From NCBI RefSeq assembly GCF_000012345.1, contig NC_007205.1, positions 720,001-752,000 on the forward strand: 32,000 nucleotides of DNA. Direction: 5' to 3'. The number at the start of each line of letters is the position of its first letter. The stretch's first letter is position 1. The DNA is from Candidatus Pelagibacter ubique HTCC1062. Lineage in GTDB: Bacteria > Pseudomonadota > Alphaproteobacteria > Pelagibacterales > Pelagibacteraceae. The notes below the pieces were generated by a model. It saw only the letters and a program-made list of their open reading frames with translations, had not been told where the DNA came from and ran no database searches. Positions 17,312-25,723 of the stretch are shown piece by piece. The position numbers were made by a program, and so were the translations under genes.

Positions 17312-17877
17312 TTAAATTTCATTTTAACTCTTAGTGTAAGTAAAATTACTATAATAATAAGATAGATTAAGGGTTCAACTGTAACTACTTTAACTAACCA
17401 TAAGTAGTGAATAATTCCTAATAAAGAAATTATATAAACAAGCTTGTGTAGTTTTTTCCATTTATCTCTCAACAACCTTATCATTCGTTTAGATGAAGTA
17501 AGAGCAAGTGGCACTAATAAAAGCCAAGCTAAAAATCCAGCAAATATAAATTTTTTTTTTATAATATCATCTCCAATACTAGACCAATCAAAACGATAAT
17601 CTATGCCAACATATGTCATCATGTGTGCTGATGCATAAAAAAAAACAAACAACCCAAACATTCTCCTATAGCTAATCCAAAAATTTAATTCAGTAAATTT
17701 TTGTAAAGGAGTCATTGCAAGAGTTATTATGATAAAACGAAGTGTCCACTCACCAGTTACATGTGTTATTTTTTTCACAGGTTCTGGACCTAATTGATTA
17801 AAAATAATTTGATAAACAATGATTAATATTGGCAGTAAACAAAAAAAGAAAATTGGTATTTTTATATATTTCTGCAT
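17308..17877 (-). CDS. msrQ: Protein-methionine-sulfoxide reductase heme-binding membrane subunit MsrQ (YedZ)
   Basis: 189 aa, about 5-6 TM helices, with conserved His in TM helices. It lies directly downstream of msrP. Confidence 0.85.
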   Translation of the reverse strand: MQKYIKIPIFFFCLLPILIIVYQIIFNQLGPEPVKKITHVTGEWTLRFIIITLAMTPLQKFTELNFWISYRRMFGLFVFFYASAHMMTYVGIDYRFDWSSIGDDIIKKKFIFAGFLAWLLLVPLALTSSKRMIRLLRDKWKKLHKLVYIISLLGIIHYLWLVKVVTVEPLIYLIIIVILLTLRVKMKFN

Positions 17878-17901
17878 GTTTTATAAAACAAATTTATGTA
17901 T

Positions 17902-18807
17902 CTAAAAGTTTTTCTTTAAATCCATACCTGAATATAAATGTGCAACTTCATCACCATACCCATTAAACATTTCAGTCTCAATCCTAGGAGCTAAAATACC
18001 TTCACCTATGACACGTTCTGTTGCTTGTGACCATCTTGGATGAGAAACATTTGGGTTAACATTTGAATAAAATCCATATTCTCTTGGGGACGATCTCATC
18101 CAAGATGATGTAGGCATATTTTCAACTAATTTTATTTTAACAATTGCTTTTGCACTTTTAAAACCATATTTCCAAGGAACAAAAATTCTTAATGGAGCTC
18201 CATTTTGATTAGGCAATGTTTTTCCATAAAGCCCAGTAACAACTGTTGTTATAGGATGCATAGCTTCATCAATTCTTAATCCTTCTCTATAAGGCCAATT
18301 TAGAACAGGGTATCTTTGGCCATTCATTTGTTCAGGGTCATAAACACTTTCAAATTCAACAAATTTTGCAGTATTTTTAATAGATACTTTACTAAGTAAC
18401 CTACTTAGAGAAAATCCCATCCAAGGAATAACCATTGACCAACCCTCAACACACCTTAGTTTGTAGATTCTTTCTTCCGAAGGAAATAAAGAAATTATTT
18501 CTTCAGCTGAAATCGTAACTGGATTTTCTACTTCCCCCTCAATAGTTACACTCCAAGGTTTAGTAATAAATTCTTGTGAATTTCTATAAGGATCACTTTT
18601 ACTGGTACCAAATTCATAATAATTGTTATACGTCGTAATATCTTCATATGATGTTAGCTTAGTTTTATTTTGTGAATAAGCATTGTTTAAGAATGGTATA
18701 CTGCTCAAAGATATTGAACCAACACCAAGCCCAATTGATTTAATAAATTTTCTTCTTTTATTGTAAATTAATTCTGGTGTAATTTCTGAATGTTTATATT
18801 TTTTCAT
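17902..18807 (-). CDS. msrP: Periplasmic protein-methionine-sulfoxide reductase catalytic subunit MsrP (YedY), Mo-molybdopterin enzyme
   Basis: 301 aa with a Tat-like signal (NKRRKFIKSIGLG). It is highly collinear with E. coli YedY as I recall it (YNNYYEFG, EERIYKLRCVEGWSMVIPWMGF, NGAPLRIFVPWKYGFKS, HPRWSQATER). Confidence 0.9.
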   Translation of the reverse strand: MKKYKHSEITPELIYNKRRKFIKSIGLGVGSISLSSIPFLNNAYSQNKTKLTSYEDITTYNNYYEFGTSKSDPYRNSQEFITKPWSVTIEGEVENPVTISAEEIISLFPSEERIYKLRCVEGWSMVIPWMGFSLSRLLSKVSIKNTAKFVEFESVYDPEQMNGQRYPVLNWPYREGLRIDEAMHPITTVVTGLYGKTLPNQNGAPLRIFVPWKYGFKSAKAIVKIKLVENMPTSSWMRSSPREYGFYSNVNPNVSHPRWSQATERVIGEGILAPRIETEMFNGYGDEVAHLYSGMDLKKNF

Positions 18808-19247
18808 TTTTTAATAGGATTACCTTTTAACCATTCACTTTCATCATTTTTATAATGTTCTTTTTTCCAAATAGGTGATCTTTTTTTGATTTCTTCAATT
18901 ATATACCTAGATAATACGTAAGCTTCATCTCTATGTTTGCAGGCAACTGCGATAATTATACTAGTTTCTCCAAGCCCCACATAGCCCTTTATATGCTCTA
19001 TAAAGACTGCTTTATCTATAATTTTAAGTTTTTCTGTAGTCTCTTTATAAATTTCTTCAAAACTTTTTAGTACTAGTTCGTCATGACTATCATAAGCTAT
19101 ACCAATAACTTCTTTATTTTCATTAATATTTCTTACATTTCCTGTAAAAATAATTGAAGCTCCGTATGTAGATGATTTGATAAATGCTTCTGCTTCAGAA
19201 GTTTTTATTTTATTTTTTTCAATATCTATAATTTTTGCATGTAACAT
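18804..19247 (-). CDS. moaE: Molybdopterin synthase catalytic subunit MoaE
   Basis: 147 aa with GASIIFTGNVRN, GETSIIIAVACKHRDEA and SPIWKKE motifs. It overlaps msrP by 4 nt and moaD by 1 nt. Confidence 0.85.
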   Translation of the reverse strand: MLHAKIIDIEKNKIKTSEAEAFIKSSTYGASIIFTGNVRNINENKEVIGIAYDSHDELVLKSFEEIYKETTEKLKIIDKAVFIEHIKGYVGLGETSIIIAVACKHRDEAYVLSRYIIEEIKKRSPIWKKEHYKNDESEWLKGNPIKK

Positions 19248-19516
19248 CAGCCACCGCCTATTGGAGGTATAATCCCAATTTTTTGATCTTTTGTAATTTT
19301 AAAATTATCATTAACAATATTATTATCTTCAGAGCAAAAAGCAGAGCTTTTAACTATTTTTATAAAATCTTCATTACCTTTAAAATTAATATCCAAGTAA
19401 TCGATGATTTCTCTTCTTAAATCTTTGATTTCAATTTTTTCTTTAAGATCAAATTCTAAGTAATCTTTATTGCTAAAATCTCTACTTGCTCCAAATAACT
19501 CAAGTTTAATTTTCAT
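19247..19516 (-). CDS. moaD: Molybdopterin synthase sulfur-carrier subunit MoaD
   Basis: 89 aa of ubiquitin-like size, ending in PPIGGG (C-terminal Gly-Gly). It sits between moaC and moaE. Confidence 0.8.
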   Translation of the reverse strand: MKIKLELFGASRDFSNKDYLEFDLKEKIEIKDLRREIIDYLDINFKGNEDFIKIVKSSAFCSEDNNIVNDNFKITKDQKIGIIPPIGGG

Positions 19517-19518
19517 GT

Positions 19519-20064
19519 TTAAAAAATATCTTTTAAAAACTCTGGTAGTCCATCAGGATTGATCCATAGACCACTTTTTCCACCTTCTTTAATTAATAAT
19601 TTCACATTATCAATTCTAAGATGTGGGTTTACAATTTTACTAAGATCATAGATTGTAATTAATGCAGCATTAACTCCCATAATAGCTTCCATTTCAACAC
19701 CAGTTTTTGCAACAGCTGACACAACACAAAAAACCTCTAAAGAGCTATCATCTTCATGCATGATAATTTTTGTTGCAGTATGATCTATTGGAAGTGGGTG
19801 ACATAATGGAATTAATTCACTAGTTTTTTTAACACCTAAAATTGCTGAAACTTCAGCTAAAGTGATCGGATCACCTTTAGGCATTTCTTTATTTCTAATT
19901 AGATTAAAAACTTCTTTTCCTACATAAATTTTACCAGAAGCTAACGCTCTTCTAAATGTTTCTTTTTTTGATGAAACATCAATCATGTTAAAAGAATTTT
20001 TTTTAAAAATTTCTTTAGCCCAGTCTTTTAATTTTTCTTCGTTTATCACTTTTAAGTTTGCCAT
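19519..20064 (-). CDS. moaC: Cyclic pyranopterin monophosphate synthase MoaC
   Basis: 181 aa with MIDVSSKKET, IPLCHPLP and GVEMEAI motifs. Confidence 0.9.
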   Translation of the reverse strand: MANLKVINEEKLKDWAKEIFKKNSFNMIDVSSKKETFRRALASGKIYVGKEVFNLIRNKEMPKGDPITLAEVSAILGVKKTSELIPLCHPLPIDHTATKIIMHEDDSSLEVFCVVSAVAKTGVEMEAIMGVNAALITIYDLSKIVNPHLRIDNVKLLIKEGGKSGLWINPDGLPEFLKDIF

Positions 20065-21057
20065 TTATCCTCCAGTACTAGATAAATTTGGAGTAATTCC
20101 AGTATCTCCAAGTTCTAAATAATGTGACTCTTTTTTAAGATGCAATTGTTTTATGATAAGATCTACAAGTTCATCTTTTTGAGCATCATCTTGCAATAAA
20201 TGCCTGATGCTAATTCCGGTATTACCAAACAAACATAATCTTAAATCACCTCTAGAGGTAACTCTTAATCTATTACAAGTTTGGCAAAAATCTTTAGTAT
20301 AAGGAGCAATTAATCCAAATTTACCCTTAAAATTTGGATGTATAAAATTTAATGAAGGACCCGCATCTTTCCCATAAGTTTGCGGTATCCAGTTATTTTT
20401 CTCTAAATAATCTTTGAATAATTTAGAGGAAACATGATTTTTTTTAAAATATTCTAAATTATCACCAGTTTGCATCAATTCTATAAATCTAAAATCAATA
20501 TTGTTATCTTTTATGAAATTTCCAAATTTTTTAAACTCTTCATGGGTATCATTAATACCTTTGAGTAAAACGGCATTAATTTTTATATTTTTAAAATCTA
20601 GTTTTTGTAAAATCTTTATGCCTTCTAAAATTTCATTAAGCCTGTCATGTCCTGTTAGTTTTTTAAAAGTTTCTCTATTTAAACTGTCAATACTAATATT
20701 TATTCCATCTAAACCAGCTTCAAATAATTGTTCTGCAATTTTGTCCAAACGATAACCATTAGTTGTCATTGTTACTTTGGGTATATTGGAATTTTGCTTC
20801 ATATCTTTTAAGATATCAAAAAAGTCTTTTCTAACTGTTGGTTCTCCACCAGTTAATCTAATTTTACAAACACCTAATTCAGACAATGCTTTTGTTAATC
20901 TGGATATTTCTTGAGCAGACATAAAACTTCTCGTGTCTCCAGGCGTTTTTTTATAACCTTGTGGCAAACAGTAGGAGCACTTATAATTACAGACGTCTGT
21001 GATCGATAGTCTTATGTAGGGAAATTTTCTTCCAAAAGTATCACTTAGTAATTTCAT
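20065..21057 (-). CDS. moaA: GTP 3',8-cyclase MoaA (radical SAM)
   Basis: 330 aa with the CNYKCSYC radical-SAM motif, a C-terminal CxxCNRLRVTSxGxLRLC cluster motif, and a terminal GG. Confidence 0.95.
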   Translation of the reverse strand: MKLLSDTFGRKFPYIRLSITDVCNYKCSYCLPQGYKKTPGDTRSFMSAQEISRLTKALSELGVCKIRLTGGEPTVRKDFFDILKDMKQNSNIPKVTMTTNGYRLDKIAEQLFEAGLDGINISIDSLNRETFKKLTGHDRLNEILEGIKILQKLDFKNIKINAVLLKGINDTHEEFKKFGNFIKDNNIDFRFIELMQTGDNLEYFKKNHVSSKLFKDYLEKNNWIPQTYGKDAGPSLNFIHPNFKGKFGLIAPYTKDFCQTCNRLRVTSRGDLRLCLFGNTGISIRHLLQDDAQKDELVDLIIKQLHLKKESHYLELGDTGITPNLSSTGG

Positions 21058-21092
21058 CTTATATTTATTATATTATATTATAATAATAATAT

Positions 21093-21926
21093 ATGAGCAA
21101 AATTATTACCAAATCGGAACTGGATCTATTTAAAAAAGACGGAGCTGTCTTAATCAAAGGTAAATTTGATAACGCATGGATTGAAAAGTTAAAAAAAGGA
21201 ATCAAAAAAGGTAAAGAAAGTCCTAGTCCAAGATTTGTAAATCATACAAAAGATCAAAAATTACCAGGATATTATGAGGATTTTTGGACCTGGAATTTAC
21301 ATGAAGAATTCAAAGATTTTATATTTAATTCACCAACTCCAAAAATTGCAGCAGAACTTTTAGAAGCACAAAAGATTAACTTAGTGATGGATAATTGGTT
21401 TTTCAGGGAAGCTGGGTCGAAGTCATCACCACCTTTTCATCATGATATATCATATTTCGATTTTGAAGGATCTATGTGTGTATTGTGGTTACCACTTGAA
21501 CCAATAAAAAAAGAGGATGGTATAGCATGGGTTAAAGGTTCACATTTATGGGATAAATTATTCCTAAGAACGCGGTTTAATGACGGCCATGAAGTTGATG
21601 GTGAACCAGGGATTGTTAATGGAAAAAAATATGAATTAACTCCTAACATATTAGAAAATAAAGATAATTATGAATTTCTACAATGGGATCTGGAAGTTGG
21701 TGACTGTATTTATTTTGATATTAGAACACTACATGGAGGATTAAATACTGTCACACCCAAAAAAGATATTCATAGATACACACTAAGAATGGCAAAAGAA
21801 AATTCTAGAATTATTTATAGAGGAGATTGGGCCAGAGAAGAAAGAGTTATTATGGAAGATAATGGTTATAAAAATGGTGATGATTTATCTGGAAAAATGT
21901 TTCCAACTTTATTTGAAACTAGCTAA
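21093..21926 (+). CDS. Phytanoyl-CoA dioxygenase (PhyH) family Fe(II)/2-oxoglutarate oxygenase; substrate unknown
   Basis: 277 aa with an HxD motif (FHHDISY), a distal His (RTLHGG) and PhyH-like N-terminal features (FKKDGAVLIKG). Confidence 0.7.
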   Translation: MSKIITKSELDLFKKDGAVLIKGKFDNAWIEKLKKGIKKGKESPSPRFVNHTKDQKLPGYYEDFWTWNLHEEFKDFIFNSPTPKIAAELLEAQKINLVMDNWFFREAGSKSSPPFHHDISYFDFEGSMCVLWLPLEPIKKEDGIAWVKGSHLWDKLFLRTRFNDGHEVDGEPGIVNGKKYELTPNILENKDNYEFLQWDLEVGDCIYFDIRTLHGGLNTVTPKKDIHRYTLRMAKENSRIIYRGDWAREERVIMEDNGYKNGDDLSGKMFPTLFETS

Positions 21927-21951
21927 CTTCAAGCTTTTTACACTGGAAGTT
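21925..21951. terminator. Weak candidate bidirectional hairpin between convergent genes
   Basis: AACTTCAAG (21925-21933) pairs with CTGGAAGTT (21943-21951) as 8 bp plus one mismatch, with loop CTTTTTACA. There is no flanking U-tract on either strand, so it is not a canonical intrinsic terminator. Confidence 0.3.
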
Positions 21952-21962
21952 AACATAAATAA

Positions 21963-22289
21963 TTAACCAGCAGGTTTGTAGCCAGCCATAGCTTTAGCGG
22001 CAATCTCGGCAGCTTTATTCATATTCATCTCTTCAAGAATAACCATATTCTCTACTGTTCCGCTTGCTTCCACAGCTAATTTTATACCAGCAAAATTTTC
22101 ATAAGGCATATCTCCTGAAGTGACAGCAACGAAATCATAAGGACCTCTCGTAATATAAAAAGATTCAAATTTCCCTCCTACTGCTTCAGTTAATGCTTTT
22201 ACCGCAGTTGATCTATCTTGCTTAGGGTCCTTCATAAAACCTTGGAAGGCCTTTGCTGTATAATTACCCATTACAATATATTTTTTCAT
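21963..22289 (-). CDS. GYD-domain protein, unknown function
   Basis: 108 aa from the ATG preceded by AAAGGAGAAAGTT (MKKYIVMGNYTAKA...). It has the typical GYD-family size and pattern (GxYDFV). The ORF track form starts 12 codons earlier. Confidence 0.75.
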   Translation of the reverse strand: MKKYIVMGNYTAKAFQGFMKDPKQDRSTAVKALTEAVGGKFESFYITRGPYDFVAVTSGDMPYENFAGIKLAVEASGTVENMVILEEMNMNKAAEIAAKAMAGYKPAG

Positions 22290-22382
22290 AACTTTCTCCT
22301 TTATTAATTTGTAAGATCTAATCATATTTGTTAAAAATTTAAAAATTTATTTTTTAAAAATCAACTCAAGGTTTAGCAAATT

Positions 22383-23825
22383 ATGTACGAAAAATTTGGA
22401 CAATTTATCGATGGCAATTGGTCGCCCTCTTCTAACAAGGAAACTTATAAAGTTATCAATCCTGCAACAGAAGAAGTTTTAGGCCACGCTTCAAAAGCAA
22501 CACCTGTTGATGTGGATAGAGCATTAAAATCTGCAGAAAAGGGATTAGCTATTTGGAGAAAAACTCCACCATGGCAAAGAGCTTATACGCTTAGAAAAAT
22601 TGCTGACATGGTAAGAGAAAAAAAAGATGTACTTGCTAAATGGATGACTTTAGAAAATGGAAAACCTTTAGCAGAAGGTGTTGGTGAAACGAATGGTGCT
22701 GCAGATATTTTTGAATGGAATGCTGAAGAGACAAAAAGAATTTATGGACAAATTGTAGAAAGTAGATTTGAAGACACGAGAGTGCATGTTTATTATCAAC
22801 CGATTGGAGTAGTGGCTGCTTTGTCACCTTGGAATTTTCCACTTGTATTAGCTGCTAGAAAAATTTCTACAGCATTAGCTGCGGGCTGTTCAGTAATTAT
22901 CAAGCCAGACACAATTACACCAGGTGTGGTTATGGAATTAGTCGATATTTGTAGGGAATGCGGAATACCCGCTGGTGTAGTTAATCTTTTGTCAGGTGAT
23001 CCACCTGCAATTGCGTCACAATTAATTTCATCTGATATTATTAAAAAAATCTCAGTTACAGGCTCAACTAGAGTTGGTAAAATAATTTTAAAACAAGCTG
23101 CAGATAAATTACAAAGAGTAACAATGGAGTTAAGTGGTCATTCTCCTTTCATTGTATTTGATGATGCTGATTTAAATAAAGCAACGGACATAGCTATTGC
23201 TGCTAAATTTAGAAATAATGGTCAAGTTTGTATTTCACCTAATAGATTTTACATTCAGGAAAGTAAAAAAGATGAGTTCGTTGGTTTATTTATTGAAAAA
23301 ACTAAAAAACTTAAGATTGGTAATGGTATGGATCCAGATACACAACTAGGACCGTTAACAACGCAAAAAAGACTAAATGAAGTTGAAGAGCTAGTTGAAA
23401 AAACGAAACAAGAAGGAGCTAAAGTTTTATTGGGAGGTAAGAGGCCTGCAGGATTTAATAAAGGTTTTTATTATGAGCCAACTGTTTTTGATGATGTTAA
23501 AGATGACTTTACGATCATGAAACAAGAACCATTTGGGCCATTAGTTCCAATGCTGTCATTTAAATCTTTTGATGAAGTTATTGAAAGAGCAAATGATAAT
23601 GATTTAGGTCTTTGTAGTTATATTTGTACTAATTCAATGGATAAAGCTTATAGAGCCTCTGAATTAATGGAAGCAGGCATTGCTTGTGTGAATACTGGTG
23701 TTGTAGCAGTTGCAGAAGCTCCATTTGGTGGAATAAAACAAACTGGCTATGGTAGAGAAGGTGGCTCTAACGCAATTAAAGATTATCTAAATGTTAAATA
23801 TACTCATATGGGTATTAAGGGCTAG
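22383..23825 (+). CDS. NAD(P)-dependent aldehyde dehydrogenase, succinate-semialdehyde / 2,5-dioxovalerate (KGSADH)-like
   Basis: 480 aa with VAALSPWNFPL, a catalytic Glu context ELSGHSP (atypical Ser for the usual Gly) and catalytic Cys NNGQVCISPNR. It has the SSADH-like length and N-terminus. Confidence 0.85.
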   Translation: MYEKFGQFIDGNWSPSSNKETYKVINPATEEVLGHASKATPVDVDRALKSAEKGLAIWRKTPPWQRAYTLRKIADMVREKKDVLAKWMTLENGKPLAEGVGETNGAADIFEWNAEETKRIYGQIVESRFEDTRVHVYYQPIGVVAALSPWNFPLVLAARKISTALAAGCSVIIKPDTITPGVVMELVDICRECGIPAGVVNLLSGDPPAIASQLISSDIIKKISVTGSTRVGKIILKQAADKLQRVTMELSGHSPFIVFDDADLNKATDIAIAAKFRNNGQVCISPNRFYIQESKKDEFVGLFIEKTKKLKIGNGMDPDTQLGPLTTQKRLNEVEELVEKTKQEGAKVLLGGKRPAGFNKGFYYEPTVFDDVKDDFTIMKQEPFGPLVPMLSFKSFDEVIERANDNDLGLCSYICTNSMDKAYRASELMEAGIACVNTGVVAVAEAPFGGIKQTGYGREGGSNAIKDYLNVKYTHMGIKG

Positions 23826-23870
23826 TAAATAAGGTTGAATTAAATAAATCCTAAATTAAAAGTTTTATTT

Positions 23871-24617
23871 ATGAATAATTATAATTTAAAGGGTAGAAGA
23901 GCAATAGTAACAGGTGGCGCACAAGGTTTTGGTTTTGCAATTACAAAAAGATTTTTAGAATCTGGTGCTGAAGTTATAATTTGGGATATTGATCAAAAAG
24001 CTGTTGATGAAGCATTAAAAGAGCTTTCATCTGAAAAATGTAGCCATCAAATAGTTGATGTCACTAACTTCGGTGACATAACAAAAAATATTGAACTAAG
24101 TACTAAAGAAAAAAATGTAGATATTTTTGTAAATAATGCGGGTATGGCCGGTAAAAATACACAAGTTTGGAATTATCCAAATGATGAATGGTTAAAAGTA
24201 ATGAACTTAGATTTAAATTCAGTCTTTTATTGCTGTAAAGCAATAGCACCTCACATGATTAAGAATAATTATGGAAGAATAGTAAATATTGCATCTATTG
24301 CAGGAAAAGAGGGTAATCCGAATGCTAGTGCATATAGCACCGCAAAAGCGGGTGTTATAGGACTTACAAAATCGTTAGGTAAAGAATTAGCTGATAAAAA
24401 TATTGCCGTTAATGCTGTAACGCCAGCAGCAGCTAAGACTAGAATTTTCGATCAAATGACTGAGGAACATATAAATTATATGCTCTCTAAAATTCCAAGA
24501 AATAGATTTGCTAAAGTTGATGAGTTAGCGTCATTAGTTACTTGGTTAGCTGCAGAAGAGAATTCTTTTTCAACTGCTGCAGTTTTTGATTTAAGTGGTG
24601 GAAGAGCAACTTATTAA
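23871..24617 (+). CDS. Short-chain dehydrogenase/reductase (SDR), FabG-like
   Basis: 248 aa with TGGAQGFG cofactor motif, NNAG, and catalytic S...YSTAK. Confidence 0.85.
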   Translation: MNNYNLKGRRAIVTGGAQGFGFAITKRFLESGAEVIIWDIDQKAVDEALKELSSEKCSHQIVDVTNFGDITKNIELSTKEKNVDIFVNNAGMAGKNTQVWNYPNDEWLKVMNLDLNSVFYCCKAIAPHMIKNNYGRIVNIASIAGKEGNPNASAYSTAKAGVIGLTKSLGKELADKNIAVNAVTPAAAKTRIFDQMTEEHINYMLSKIPRNRFAKVDELASLVTWLAAEENSFSTAAVFDLSGGRATY

Positions 24618-24620
24618 GTT

Positions 24621-25523
24621 ATGCAAATTGGATTTGACGTTGGTGCCACAAAAATAGAAAGTGTCATTTTAAAAGATAACGGTGAAGAAGTTGACAGAAG
24701 TAGAAGAGACTGTCCAAAAGATTACCTTTCAATAGTTCAAACCATAAAAGATGTTGTAGTTGAGCTAGAAAAAAAACATAATAAAACATTACCAGTTGGT
24801 GTATGTCATCCAGGCGTTCATTCTCCACAAACAGGACTAGTTAAAAATGCGCCTAACTGTGTTTGGATTGAAAAACAACCTTTTCAAAAAAGTCTTCGTG
24901 AAGCTCTAAATAGAGAAGTTTTTTGTGAAAATGATGGAAATTGTTTTGCATTATCTGAAGCAATAGATGGTGCTGGCAAACATTATAAAATTGTATATGG
25001 AATTATTCTTGGATCTGGTGCGGGAGGTGGATTGGTTATAGATAAACAGATTGTTTCAGGACCTAATGGTGTTGCTGGGGAATGGGGTCACAATCAGCTA
25101 CCATTTATGGCTGCCCAAAAAGAGGAGCTTAAGACATTAAATCTAAGAGATGCAGAGGTTGAAAGTTTTGTATCAGGATTAGGGTTGGCTAAAAGATTTA
25201 ATAAAAAGTATAAAAAAAATTTGAAAGCTAATGAAATATTTGAACTCTATAGAAGACATGAATTAGATGCAGAAAAAATGATAGAGGAATTTAAGACTAA
25301 TCTTGCAATGTCTTTAGCTACTATAGTTAATATTCTTGACCCAGATGTTTTTATATTTGGTGGTGGTGTTACAAATGAAATAGATTTTTTTGATGAGATA
25401 GAAAACTTAACTAAAAAATATGTTATAGGCAAAGAATATGAAGGTGTTTTCTTAAAACCCAAATATGGAGATGCCAGTGGAGTTAGGGGTGCGGCAAGAT
25501 TAGGTAGAAAATCAAGCTATTAA
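24621..25523 (+). CDS. ROK-family sugar kinase (NagK/Mak/Glk-like), no N-terminal HTH
   Basis: 300 aa with GFDVGATKIE (ATPase phosphate-1), CENDGNCFALSEA, GSGAGGGLV and GEWGH. The usual CxCGxxGCxE zinc motif after GEWGH is absent. Confidence 0.8.
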   Translation: MQIGFDVGATKIESVILKDNGEEVDRSRRDCPKDYLSIVQTIKDVVVELEKKHNKTLPVGVCHPGVHSPQTGLVKNAPNCVWIEKQPFQKSLREALNREVFCENDGNCFALSEAIDGAGKHYKIVYGIILGSGAGGGLVIDKQIVSGPNGVAGEWGHNQLPFMAAQKEELKTLNLRDAEVESFVSGLGLAKRFNKKYKKNLKANEIFELYRRHELDAEKMIEEFKTNLAMSLATIVNILDPDVFIFGGGVTNEIDFFDEIENLTKKYVIGKEYEGVFLKPKYGDASGVRGAARLGRKSSY

Positions 25524-25680
25524 ATTTTATATCTATTAAAAAGTGAAAAAATTTTTTTTATAAAATTTTTTATTCAAATAAAACATAGTTTAATTTAAAA
25601 ATAATTAAATCAATCTTAGGTTGTAGAAAAAGTTTTTTGTTTAGGTTTTTTTGTTTTTTTAATAAGTTAATTTTTTAAAT

Positions 25681-25698
25681 TAATTAATCGATTAATTA
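25681..25698. promoter_or_regulatory. 18-bp perfect palindrome, candidate operator upstream of the sugar ABC operon
   Basis: TAATTAATCGATTAATTA is its own reverse complement. It is centred on CG, ends 25 nt before the ATG at 25724, and lies just upstream of the SD AGAGGA (25711-25716). Confidence 0.45.
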
Positions 25699-25723
25699 TA
25701 TTAACTAAAAAGAGGAAAATAAA

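Noticed and set aside
22290-22325. A 12-codon N-terminal extension of the GYD-domain gene.
   Set aside because: AAAGGAGAAAGTT immediately precedes the internal ATG at 22289. GYD proteins are about 100 aa and typically start at MKKY/MxxY.
22326-22382. Phased A/T tracts (AAAAATTTAAAAATTTATTTTTTAAAAAT) between the GYD gene and the aldehyde dehydrogenase gene, considered as a specific regulatory repeat.
   Set aside because: This is low-complexity A/T sequence typical of curved promoter DNA. There is no defined repeat unit or palindrome beyond what the composition explains.
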